Below the pieces are notes generated by a model that searched no databases, was not told where the DNA came from, and saw nothing but the letters and a program-made list of their open reading frames with translations. 64,000 bases of DNA from Anaerolineae bacterium (GTDB lineage: Bacteria > Chloroflexota > Anaerolineae > JAAEKA01): the NCBI GenBank assembly GCA_049294015.1, contig JBAQCH010000345.1:4279-68278 (forward strand), given 5' to 3'. Below, piece after piece: positions 34,700-43,236 of the stretch. The position numbers and the translations under genes were made by a program. Position 1 is the first letter of the stretch, and each line of letters opens with the position of its first letter.

Positions 34700-35035
34700 C
34701 TACTTGGCGCCGAATGACTCGCCGTCGGTCGGATCGATGTCGCCCATCCAGTCATCGCCCAGATCGTCGAGATAGAGCAGATCACGTTGGGCTGCGACGC
34801 GTGCATCATCGAAGTGCTCGGAAGCCGTTGCCTCCCGCCGCCACGTCCAGGCCAGCGGTGGCTGCGCAGGGGCCACGACACCGATCAGCTCGAAGACCAT
34901 GAACCGATCGTTCTGTTTGCGGGCCAGCCACTCAGCCTCGGCCTTGGCCGCGTCCAAGCTGCCGTGCGTCACCGTCACCTGGGTTGGCAGCTTGTCCCGG
35001 CAGATGATGTACTGAGCTTGAAGTTGAGTAGACAT
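34700..35035 (-). CDS. Hypothetical protein
   Basis: Protein-like composition. Confidence 0.45.
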   Translation of the reverse strand: MSTQLQAQYIICRDKLPTQVTVTHGSLDAAKAEAEWLARKQNDRFMVFELIGVVAPAQPPLAWTWRREATASEHFDDARVAAQRDLLYLDDLGDDWMGDIDPTDGESFGAK

Positions 35036-35116
35036 TTGACGTTCCTTTCCGTTGTCGCTATCATAATGCGCCGCAGGCGCTACTGCTGGTCCGGAACCGG
35101 TTTCGGCAGGCTCAAC

Positions 35117-35818
35117 CTAAAGGTTCCGAGATTGCGCGCCGCAGGCGCTGCTGTGTTGAAACAAGATCACGCTTTCGTAGTCCACCCTGGCGTCGCGGTT
35201 CTGGCCAAAGCGCATGCCGGGACAGTCGATGTGAACATGCTCCAGCACCCGGAAGCCCAGGCCTTCCAGCGCCTCGATGTGCCAGTCTGTCACCGGCTGC
35301 ACGACGCCGCGGCGGATGTGATCCTTGATGTTCAAGACAAACAGCCCGCCTGGCTCCAGCACCCGCCGCGCTTCCGTCCAGGCCGCCAGATGAAACGACC
35401 TGTACTTCGGTCCCCAGGGCAAGGCGCCGCCGTTGTCCGGGTGCAGCTCGCGCGCCAGCTCGCTGGCGTAGGTCTTGCGCTTGTGCCGATCACGCAGCAA
35501 TTTATCACAGAGGCGATTCCCATATGGTGGGCTCGTAACCAGGGCGTCGAAGTAGCCATCGGGCCAGGGTAGATGCAGCGCGTTGCCCAGCGTGGTGCGC
35601 GGGTGCTGCTCTGCCCATTCGCGCTCGATCTCGACTCCGGACACCTCGGCGTCGGGCAGCCAGTGGTTGAGCAGGAACACCTTGCCGGTGCCGGCGAACG
35701 GATCGAGGATGCGCTGCCTGCCCTTGAGCATGCGCGCAAACGTGACCAGCAGGGCGTCGGTGTACTTGGCTGGGTGTTTTCGCTTCTCGGTGGGCAGGGC
35801 AAACAGTGCAGTGTCCAT
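35117..35818 (-). CDS. N6-adenine/N4-cytosine DNA methyltransferase (SPPY motif, motif I before IV)
   Basis: DPFAGTGKV is motif I. LVTSPPYGN is motif IV. Confidence 0.75.
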   Translation of the reverse strand: MDTALFALPTEKRKHPAKYTDALLVTFARMLKGRQRILDPFAGTGKVFLLNHWLPDAEVSGVEIEREWAEQHPRTTLGNALHLPWPDGYFDALVTSPPYGNRLCDKLLRDRHKRKTYASELARELHPDNGGALPWGPKYRSFHLAAWTEARRVLEPGGLFVLNIKDHIRRGVVQPVTDWHIEALEGLGFRVLEHVHIDCPGMRFGQNRDARVDYESVILFQHSSACGAQSRNL

Positions 35819-35822
35819 GGGC

Positions 35823-38120
35823 TCAGTTCCCTCGGAACCGGTTCCGCAGCATGTCGCCCAGGAAGGTGACGCGGCGCACGCGCTCCTCGTTCTGGACGTA
35901 GGTCTGCAAGGCCGACTGAGCCGAGATCAGCACACAGTAGGTCTTGGCCCTGGTCAGCCCGGTGTAGGCCAGCTGGCGCAGCATGAAGTCAGGGCGGGTG
36001 GTGGGAAGGGCCAGCACCACGTGGCCATGCTCGCTGCCTTGGCTTTTGTGGACGGACAGCGCATAAGCCAGCTTGAGATAGCCCAGGTCCTCGCGCGTGT
36101 AGGTGGTGACGTCCGGCTCGCCGTCGAACTGCACGTCGAGTACCGGTGGCAGCTCGTCGTCGCCCTCTTCCCTGCGCCGGATATCCATTCCGCGCTCTTC
36201 CTCGTCGCTGGCCACCCACTGCACCATGCCCACCATGCCGTTGAGCACAGTCTGGCCGCGAAGATCGTAGACGTTTCGGGTGTGGATCACCTTGTCGCCC
36301 GGCTTGAAGGGACAGCCCTTGAGCGGGAACGGCCCAGGGTTGTAGCGCTCCTGCAGGCGCAGGTTGAGCGCGTGCTGGCCCCAGGGATGGTTGTTCAAGG
36401 GTGTCAGCACCTGGATGTCGTGGATGGACAAGCCGCAAGCGATAAGATCGCTTACCCACCGCAAGAGATGTGTGGGCAATGATGCATTGCTGCTTGCATA
36501 CTCGATCTCGATGTCGTCGTAGCCCGACAGATCAGGCACCAGGCCGCGGTTGAAGCTGTGGGCCGCCACGATGATGCCGGAATGCTTGCCCTGGCGGTGG
36601 ATGACTGTGAGGCGCGCGACAGGTACCACACCGCTGTGGATCAGCTGGAAGAAGGGTTCGCCCGCGCCCACCGGCGGCAGCTGATCCACGTCGCCCACGA
36701 AGATCAGCCGCGTTCGGTCGTTGCACGCCTTGACGATCCGGCGCATGAGGGCCGCATCGATCATCGAGGCTTCGTCGATGGTCACTGCATCAGTCTGGAA
36801 GCTGTACCTGGCCTCTTCATCGCCGAAGATGCCCAGGGTGCGGTGGATGGTGGCGGCCGGCAGCCCGGTGGCCTCGGTCATGCGCCGCGCAGCCTTGCCG
36901 GTGGGCGCGCACAACGTCAAGCTCAGGCCATGCGCCTGCATGATGTTGCAGATGGTGCGCAACACTGTCGTCTTGCCCACGCCGGGCGCGCCGGTGATCA
37001 CCACCAGCCGATGGGCCAGCGCCAGCCGCACCGCCTCTACCTGATCGGGCGAGAGGGCGAAGTCGCTGTATTCGTCCAGGCAGCGGCGAATGGTTTCCCA
37101 GTCGCCCACCGCCGCGCCAGGGTTCTGAAGCATCCGCGCGATGCCGGCCGCAGTCTCTTCCTCGATCTCGAAGTAGGGTGCCAGGTACAGCCACTCGCCT
37201 TGTAAGAGCAGGTAGTCGTCCTCGTAGCGCGCCCGCACCTTCTGCTCGAAGCCGTCCAGGCGGGGCCTGGCCAGCTGGCGCGCGCGCTGAAGGGCATCGG
37301 TCTCAGCCAGCGCCATGTGCCCTTGGGTGTAGGCCTCGCGCAGCACCTCCCGCACAGCCGCGCCATAGCGCCGCGCGTCGTCGTGATCGATCTTTGCCTT
37401 GCCCGGCCAGGCCAGCGCCGCGATCTCGTCCGCGCGCTGCCAGGTGACGCCATTGATCACTGTGAGCAGGTAAGGGTTGTCGTTGATGATCTGCACCAGC
37501 CGCTCGCCGAAGCGCTGGTAGGCTTCCCTGGCCTGGCGCGTCGTCAGCCCCGCGCGCACCGAAGCAAGCGCGGCCTGCGCCCAGTGCCGCTGCGCTTTCC
37601 ACGACTCCACGATCCAGTAGCAGTTCTTGGGGCCGATGCCCGACACTACCCGCAGCTTGTTGGGATCGTCCAGCGCCTCGTCCAGCCGCGCGAAGGTTGC
37701 CGCACCGAAGGCCTGGGCGATGCGCTGGGCCATGGCGACCTTGACGCCCTTCAAGAAGCCGCTGGCCAGCAGCACTTGCAGGGCGCTGGCCTGGTCAGTG
37801 AGCATCACGCTGGACGCCTTGAACTGCCGGCCATAGTGCGGGTGATCCACCCACTGGCCGGCCACTGTTACCTGCGCGCCTGGGGCCAGGAACATGGCCG
37901 TACCCACCAGCGGGATCTCGCCCTTGCCGCGGCGCAGCGTGGCCACGAAGAAGCCGGTGGCGGGATCGCGGTAGCCGACCGCCACGATCTCGCCGGTGAT
38001 GACCGGCTCGTCGGGAAGGGCGTCGCTGGGCGCCGGGCCTGGCCCATAGCTCACCGTCCAGGTGGGCGCTGGCTCCAGCAGCTCCAGCAGGTTGTCTGGG
38101 TCGGGTGTGTAGAACATCAT
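35823..38120 (-). CDS. RecD/RecD2-like SF1 DNA helicase
   Basis: Walker A VITGAPGVGKTTV. IDEASMID. FVGDVDQLPPVGAG. LTRAK near the C-terminus. The last codons, RNRFRGN, are encoded by a GGAACCGGTTCC palindrome. Confidence 0.8.
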   Translation of the reverse strand: MMFYTPDPDNLLELLEPAPTWTVSYGPGPAPSDALPDEPVITGEIVAVGYRDPATGFFVATLRRGKGEIPLVGTAMFLAPGAQVTVAGQWVDHPHYGRQFKASSVMLTDQASALQVLLASGFLKGVKVAMAQRIAQAFGAATFARLDEALDDPNKLRVVSGIGPKNCYWIVESWKAQRHWAQAALASVRAGLTTRQAREAYQRFGERLVQIINDNPYLLTVINGVTWQRADEIAALAWPGKAKIDHDDARRYGAAVREVLREAYTQGHMALAETDALQRARQLARPRLDGFEQKVRARYEDDYLLLQGEWLYLAPYFEIEEETAAGIARMLQNPGAAVGDWETIRRCLDEYSDFALSPDQVEAVRLALAHRLVVITGAPGVGKTTVLRTICNIMQAHGLSLTLCAPTGKAARRMTEATGLPAATIHRTLGIFGDEEARYSFQTDAVTIDEASMIDAALMRRIVKACNDRTRLIFVGDVDQLPPVGAGEPFFQLIHSGVVPVARLTVIHRQGKHSGIIVAAHSFNRGLVPDLSGYDDIEIEYASSNASLPTHLLRWVSDLIACGLSIHDIQVLTPLNNHPWGQHALNLRLQERYNPGPFPLKGCPFKPGDKVIHTRNVYDLRGQTVLNGMVGMVQWVASDEEERGMDIRRREEGDDELPPVLDVQFDGEPDVTTYTREDLGYLKLAYALSVHKSQGSEHGHVVLALPTTRPDFMLRQLAYTGLTRAKTYCVLISAQSALQTYVQNEERVRRVTFLGDMLRNRFRGN

Positions 38121-39313
38121 GAGATTACCACGTTCTCCCAGCCGCGCGGCACATATTTGCGCTTCAGGGCCTCGTAGCTGTCTGGGTCTTCCTCTTCCGG
38201 AACGGGCGGAGGTTGCTCGTGGGCGCGTAGCCGCTTGACCAGGTAGCCCACCGGGCGCGCCATGTCCTGGGTGGCCAGGTACGCGATCCAGCCGTCAACC
38301 ATCGCCCGGTCGACGCCGTTGCGGGACAGCTCGGATAGCGCGGGCTCCGCAACGCCGAATTCCCTTAGGGCCTGATAGACATCCGGTTTCACAGTTCCCT
38401 TGGCAGCAGGAGAAGCGCGGGGATCGGGCTGCACGCGCGTGCGCGAAGAAGTGCCCGGCAGCGCCTTGCCCAACCCACTGCTCCTGGGATCGGGCTGCCC
38501 GCGCGCGCGCGAAGAAGTGCTGCTGCTGCTGTTTTTCACAGAAGAATCTTGATTCTTAGATTCTCTGCCATTACTTCTCTGAGCAGCAGAAGCAGCAGAC
38601 GCGCGCGCGACGCGCGCGCGCGTTGGCGGCGCGTTGGCGGCATCACTGTCGCCGTTGCGCTGTTTCGTGACATCCGCGCCGGAGTCGTTGTCAGCGTTGC
38701 GCTGTTTCGTGACATCCGCGCCGGAGTCGTTGTCACCATTTCGTTGTTTCGTGACATCCGCGCCGGAGTCATTGTCAGCGTTGCGCTGTTTCGTGACATC
38801 CTTGCCGGCATCACTGTCAGCGTTTCGCTGTTTTGTGACATCCTTGCCGGCATCGTTGTCGCTTGAATCCGCTATGATGCCGGGATCGGCCGGTGTGACT
38901 GGGGCAGCGGCAGGCGCCAATCCAGTCAGAGCGTCATCGACGCGGATCAGCCCTTTAGCGGTTCGCTCATAACCAGGAGGTGGAGCAAACATGCTGGGCG
39001 TTTCGCGTGCGTAACGACTGATCAGCTCTTGATTCTTGAAGAACAATACCGGCTGATCGCTGTCGGGGTCGTGATAAAGGACAACCAGATCGGCGGCAAC
39101 CCACTCCTGGATCAGGTCGGCCATAATGTTTACCAGATCGGAGGCGCACAAGGGTGCTACCTGTGCCATTAGCAGCAGAGGCTCGCCAAGAATCAGCCTA
39201 TCTCTGTCCAGGTGGGGGATGGTCATCATGTAGACCGCCTTAGCCTGCCAGGAGAGGCGGTTCAGGGCTTTGTCGGTGGTTATGGTCTTGCTCAAGAATC
39301 GTCCAGTGGTCAT
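38117..39313 (-). CDS. Phage-module protein with five 14-aa tandem repeats (ADVTKQRN[AG]DNDSG) and a Ser-rich region, possibly an origin/DNA-binding factor
   Basis: Five 42-bp tandem repeats, a ~60-bp duplicated Ser/Arg segment, and an alternating (CG)n tract. Structured N- and C-terminal domains. Confidence 0.55.
   Translation of the reverse strand: MTTGRFLSKTITTDKALNRLSWQAKAVYMMTIPHLDRDRLILGEPLLLMAQVAPLCASDLVNIMADLIQEWVAADLVVLYHDPDSDQPVLFFKNQELISRYARETPSMFAPPPGYERTAKGLIRVDDALTGLAPAAAPVTPADPGIIADSSDNDAGKDVTKQRNADSDAGKDVTKQRNADNDSGADVTKQRNGDNDSGADVTKQRNADNDSGADVTKQRNGDSDAANAPPTRARVARASAASAAQRSNGRESKNQDSSVKNSSSSTSSRARGQPDPRSSGLGKALPGTSSRTRVQPDPRASPAAKGTVKPDVYQALREFGVAEPALSELSRNGVDRAMVDGWIAYLATQDMARPVGYLVKRLRAHEQPPPVPEEEDPDSYEALKRKYVPRGWENVVIS
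38648..38857. repeat. Five tandem 42-bp repeats inside gene 38117..39313
   Basis: gtc[ga]c[cg][ga]tt[gt]cg[ct]tgttt[ct]gtgacatcc[gt][ct]gccgg[ac][ga]tc[ga][ct]t, five times. Confidence 0.7.
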
Positions 39314-39434
39314 GCAGCACCTCAGAACCAGAGGCCGTCATCACTGGGCGTGACGGGGCCGCAGATATCGGTTGTGATCCAGTCAAGCAAGGCGGTGATC
39401 AGTCGTCGCACGGGTGTTCGCCTCTGGTCGCTTG

Positions 39435-39815
39435 TCATGAGTCGACCTCCAGCAAGCACCCTCCGAGCCAGTTGATGTCGTCAGTGATGGCACTCAGAGT
39501 GCGCATGACCTGATCAACCCACAAGTAGGCGGATGACTTCAGGGTGTTGCGGATGTACTCTCGTTCATCGCGGCGCCCGAGTTGCCGTGCCGATTCAAGT
39601 TGCTCGTGAAATCTCCCGGCCAGATAGGTCAGGTCGCACGAATGGCCATTGACTGTAATCGCGACAGCATCAATCTCACAGATGTCTTCATCGATGCTTG
39701 GCGCGTCTTTGGCCAACATGACAACCACCAGCCACTGTTCCAGCTTGCTCAAGTCGTCGAAGGGGCGTCCATTGATGGTTGTCATGGTGTTCTCCTCGTA
39801 CGCCGATTCGCCCAC
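39435..39815 (-). CDS. Hypothetical protein
   Basis: Protein-like composition. Confidence 0.4.
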   Translation of the reverse strand: MGESAYEENTMTTINGRPFDDLSKLEQWLVVVMLAKDAPSIDEDICEIDAVAITVNGHSCDLTYLAGRFHEQLESARQLGRRDEREYIRNTLKSSAYLWVDQVMRTLSAITDDINWLGGCLLEVDS

Positions 39816-39952
39816 AGCATCTGCCGAAACATCCCGTAGGTCATGGGACTGCTGTTGCGGCCGGCGCGCAGCCGATACCAGCGGTAGCGCAGACGGGTGA
39901 GCAGGGTGTCAGGGACTTTGGACGTCATAGGAAGCTCCTTCGGTGGCGGCTC

Positions 39953-40180
39953 TCAGCGCTCCGCAAAGGAGAAGGTGTCGCGCGCGCGGAAGGCACACAG
40001 ACAGGTGGTGCAGGTCACGCTGGCGACAAAGGCGTTCAGCCCGGCCCGAATAGCCGTGGGCCGCAGCGCTGCGCCGCAGAAGGGACAGGAGGGCAGTTCC
40101 ATGGCCATCAGCTCCTCCGAGCTGACGTTGTCCAGGATGAACAGCCGCTCCTTACCTGTAGGCGTGATCGCGTCGCTCAT
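39953..40180 (-). CDS. Zinc-ribbon small protein
   Basis: CPFCGA…CTTCLC. Confidence 0.35.
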   Translation of the reverse strand: MSDAITPTGKERLFILDNVSSEELMAMELPSCPFCGAALRPTAIRAGLNAFVASVTCTTCLCAFRARDTFSFAER

Positions 40181-40523
40181 GGAGCAGCTCCCGGGCCAGC
40201 CCTACCTGCCGGTCCATGTCCGCCGCGGCCTGGCTGCGGGCGATGTCCATGTCAGGGCGTAGGGCCTCCCAGGCCGCGACCAGGGCGCGCAGCCGCCCTG
40301 CCGTCTGGTTCGCAGCCTCCGGCAGGCGGATGCCGCGCGCCACGCCGGGATCGCGCTGGATGGCGCCCGCTTCAGCCAGGCGGACGAGATCCCTGGTCAG
40401 CGTATGCAAGGCGCACAGGCCCAGGGCATGGATGTCTCGCACGCTGGGCGCATAGCCTTTGCTGGCGATGTGCTGTTCGATAAAGGCCAGGATGGCCTGC
40501 TGTCGGTCGTTCAGGTCTAGCAT
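40152..40523 (-). CDS. LexA-like winged-HTH DNA-binding domain protein lacking the S24 peptidase domain, i.e. a non-cleavable LexA paralogue
   Basis: MLDLNDRQQAILAFIEQHIASKGYAPSVRDIHALGLCALHTLTRDLVRLAEAGAIQRDPGVARGIRL aligns to the LexA N-terminal domain. The real start is ATG 40523, overlapping the upstream stop. No Ser-Lys dyad region. Confidence 0.6.
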   Translation of the reverse strand: MLDLNDRQQAILAFIEQHIASKGYAPSVRDIHALGLCALHTLTRDLVRLAEAGAIQRDPGVARGIRLPEAANQTAGRLRALVAAWEALRPDMDIARSQAAADMDRQVGLARELLHERRDHAYR

Positions 40524-41506
40524 CAAATGGTCTCCTCGACGATCTGCGCCAGGTAGGTTGAGATGATCTCCTGCATGCCTTTGCCTTCTTTGAGCAAGGT
40601 GCGGATGCGCTGGATGATCTCGCGGAAGTAGGCGAAGTCCACGCCGGTGAGCTGTTCTTCCCAGACGCGCGGGTCGTCCCAGTCCAGTCTGGCCAGCTGC
40701 AAGCTCAGCACCAGCAGGTGGCCCGCGTGAGGCCGGGTGAAGCCGCGCTGCACGAACTTGAAGGCGCGCAACAGCGCGGCCAGCGGATACTGCGAACCCA
40801 CGTAGCGCAGCTCGCGCGCCAGCAGGCATTCCAGGGCCTCGGTGTTGGTCACCAGCCCATCCTGGAAAGTCCAGTAGTTGGTGACGTGCGCCCAGTCGAA
40901 GCTCTTGTGGATCTCGGCCGGGTCGCCACTGAAGCGCAGGATCACCTGCACCGGTGGCAGCTTGCGGTTCTCGCGCGCCAGGGTGATGGCGTTGCCGGAC
41001 AGGGCCACCGGCCAGTAGTCCTTGTCCTTGCCGTAGTCCGAGCGCCGGTCGACGCCGAAGATCACCTGGGCATACTCGGCGGCCCGCTCGGGATCGCTGT
41101 CGGTGAAGGCTTCGAAGTAGTGATACTGCGCGTCGCCTGAGTGCTCGGTGAGGACGCCGGCGCTCTTCACCATCACCGCCACGTGGTCGCCGCGCGCTAC
41201 CACCTGCACCTGGCTCAGGATCGGATTGCCTTCCAGGGTGGCAGGCGGCGCGGCGATGAACTGGCGCACGTAGTGCTCGGCGATCCGCCTGGCTGTGGCG
41301 CTGTCGCGGAAGTAGACGTCCCAGTCGTTGACCGCCTCGCCCAGGAACAGGTTGGCGATCGCACCGCCGGTCAGGATCAGGTCGTCGGTGACGGACTGTT
41401 GCAGATCCTGAGGCAGGGATGCTACCCAGCCTTCCATGGCCTTGCGGCAGACGCGTTCGATGGTCTTGGTCTTCATGTTTGGTTCTCCTTGGCTGAAGTT
41501 TGCCAA
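40523..41506 (-). CDS. Polymerase-beta-fold nucleotidyltransferase-like protein
   Basis: LTGGAIANLFLGEAVNDWDVYF follows the NTase signature G[GS]x9-13DxD. It is translationally coupled to the LexA-like gene. Confidence 0.45.
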   Translation of the reverse strand: MANFSQGEPNMKTKTIERVCRKAMEGWVASLPQDLQQSVTDDLILTGGAIANLFLGEAVNDWDVYFRDSATARRIAEHYVRQFIAAPPATLEGNPILSQVQVVARGDHVAVMVKSAGVLTEHSGDAQYHYFEAFTDSDPERAAEYAQVIFGVDRRSDYGKDKDYWPVALSGNAITLARENRKLPPVQVILRFSGDPAEIHKSFDWAHVTNYWTFQDGLVTNTEALECLLARELRYVGSQYPLAALLRAFKFVQRGFTRPHAGHLLVLSLQLARLDWDDPRVWEEQLTGVDFAYFREIIQRIRTLLKEGKGMQEIISTYLAQIVEETI

Positions 41507-41532
41507 GGATGCGCCCGCCAGGGCGCTACACT

Positions 41533-41594
41533 GGGAACCGGTTCCGGTGTGGCGCGCGGAACCCTTGGGTTGAGCCTGTCGAAACCGGTTCCGG
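41533..41594. repeat. GGGAACCGGTTCCG palindrome plus an inverted copy of the ~40-nt composite hairpin element
   Basis: ctgGGAACCGGTTCCGgtgtggcgcgCGGAACCCTTGGGTTGAGCCTGTCGAAACCGGTTCCGG. Confidence 0.5.
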
Positions 41595-41596
41595 CG

Positions 41597-41788
41597 CTAG
41601 CCCTCGTCGCCTTCGAAGGGCGACTCATCGGTAATGCCCAGCAGCCACTCGATGCCGATGCGCACGCCCTGCTCGTAGGTCATGCCGGGGTACTGGGATC
41701 GGCCCTCGTCCTCGGCGTCGGCGCACCGGTTGAGCACGTCGTCGATCTCCGCTTCATCGCGGGCCATCTGATAGGTGTTACGGTACAT
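41597..41788 (-). CDS. Hypothetical small protein
   Basis: Protein-like composition. Confidence 0.35.
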   Translation of the reverse strand: MYRNTYQMARDEAEIDDVLNRCADAEDEGRSQYPGMTYEQGVRIGIEWLLGITDESPFEGDEG

Positions 41789-41849
41789 GGGAGTTCTCCT
41801 TTCAGGGATCAGACTGGATCGAAGCCTTCGATGGTGATCAGAGGCGCGC

Positions 41850-42503
41850 TCATGCGTGCCCTTCCGCAGCAGGCTGCACCAGCGAGGCCAGCTCAGGCGG
41901 GATTTCGAGCGCGTGCCGGCTGCCGGTCAGCATGCCTACGATCACGGCCAGCTCGATGGCGCCGAGCAGCGGGTCCGGGTCTTCCAGCAGCAGGCTGGGA
42001 TACATGGCTACCAGACTGAGCGCGATCGCAGCCTGCACACTTCTCAGCTGCTCTTCCCGGATGATGGGCGCGAACAGGCTCTTGTGGTAGGCCGAGGCGA
42101 CCGATCCGAGCACAATCACTCGCACCTGGCCTTCCCCCAGCCTGGCTGCTCCTTCCTTGAGCACGTCGGCGATGGGTTTGTCGGGCATGGGAGACTTCCT
42201 TTCGGGTGGGATTAGGATGGACTTGTCATCCGTGGATCGCAGGCGCCGATTTGGCGCATCGAGAACAACTGGCAGCGTTGCTTGCAGGTCAGGGTTGCAT
42301 TCGTAGCAGCAGCCTGAATGGCACGCTGGATGGCACAGGTTGTGCGTCCGAGGGTATCGATCTGCGCGGCCGAGACCCAGACGGATGAGCTCTGCCAGAC
42401 AGTCGGGTGTGAGACAGCGATGGTAGTCGAAGCCCCACATGGGCTCGCCACAGACGAAGCAGGGCGTCCCTTCGAGTTCCTTGAGTGTCAGTTCCTCAAA
42501 CAC
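41850..42503 (-). CDS. Hypothetical protein with an N-terminal Cys-rich zinc-finger. Start is ambiguous: GTG 42503 with an AAGGTAAGGA RBS, or internal ATG 42188 with a GGAAG RBS.
   Basis: One open frame. CFVCGEPMWGFDYHRCLTPDC…CHPACHSGCCYEC. Confidence 0.4.
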   Translation of the reverse strand: MFEELTLKELEGTPCFVCGEPMWGFDYHRCLTPDCLAELIRLGLGRADRYPRTHNLCHPACHSGCCYECNPDLQATLPVVLDAPNRRLRSTDDKSILIPPERKSPMPDKPIADVLKEGAARLGEGQVRVIVLGSVASAYHKSLFAPIIREEQLRSVQAAIALSLVAMYPSLLLEDPDPLLGAIELAVIVGMLTGSRHALEIPPELASLVQPAAEGHA

Positions 42504-42541
42504 TTGGGCATCCTTACCTTTCGGAACCGGTTTCGACAGGC

Positions 42542-42811
42542 TCAACCTGAAGGTTCCGAAAACAACAGAGGCTGCACCCAGCCAGCCGGGTTTTTGTTGG
42601 GTGCTGCGGCTGCGGCCGAGCAGCGCCCGTAGCCGGGCACGACCTCCATCGCCAGCCGGTCCCGATCTGGGTGCGGCTGGCCGCCGTACGTGTCGTGGCC
42701 GCTGGGTCGCTTGCACGGCGTGCCAACGGCCGCGCGGCACACCGGGCACTCGACTTCCAGAGCAGGATCGCGCGGCCACTGCCGGCCGCAGAGAGAGCAC
42801 TTGATGGCCAT
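42542..42811 (-). CDS. Zinc-finger small protein whose C-terminus overlaps a composite hairpin element
   Basis: CSLCGRQW…CPVCRAAVGTPCK. Confidence 0.35.
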   Translation of the reverse strand: MAIKCSLCGRQWPRDPALEVECPVCRAAVGTPCKRPSGHDTYGGQPHPDRDRLAMEVVPGYGRCSAAAAAPNKNPAGWVQPLLFSEPSG

Positions 42812-42814
42812 GGC

Positions 42815-43050
42815 CTACGGCCGATACACCAGCCCGGCTTGGGCAAAGCTGGGAAAGAGCGCCACGGCCGCCTCCTCGGGCAGCTTGTCGCCGCTGGCGA
42901 GGACCTCGTCGTCAGTCCAGTAGCTGAAGCCCTTGTAGGCTGCCCAGTCGTTGTCGAAGCCGCGCGTGGCGCAGACCTTGATCAGTACCGCATCGCCCGG
43001 CCCTAACAGGCCCGGTCCCTCGCGGTAGTAGGCAGAGTAGGGAATGATCA
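42815..43050 (-). CDS. Hypothetical small protein (GTG start)
   Basis: GTGA overlap with the upstream stop. Confidence 0.35.
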
Positions 43051-43221
43051 CGCCGCGTCCTCCTTGATCTTCAGGCAGACGGTGCAGCGCCAGCCCGGCT
43101 TGGGCTTGCGCATCGCGTTGTGGACCCGCATGTTCTGGCCATAGCGCTCGTCCTGGAAGGCGTGCTGGCAGGTGCAGCGCATGACGCGCGTGTTGGGAGT
43201 GGATGTCTTCTCTTTGGGCAT
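43047..43221 (-). CDS. 57-aa zinc-ribbon protein, below the ORF-track cutoff
   Basis: Hand translation gives MPKEKTSTPNTRVMRCTCQHAFQDERYGQNMRVHNAMRKPKPGWRCTVCLKIKEDAA. Confidence 0.4.
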
Positions 43222-43236
43222 GGGTCGCCTTCCTTC

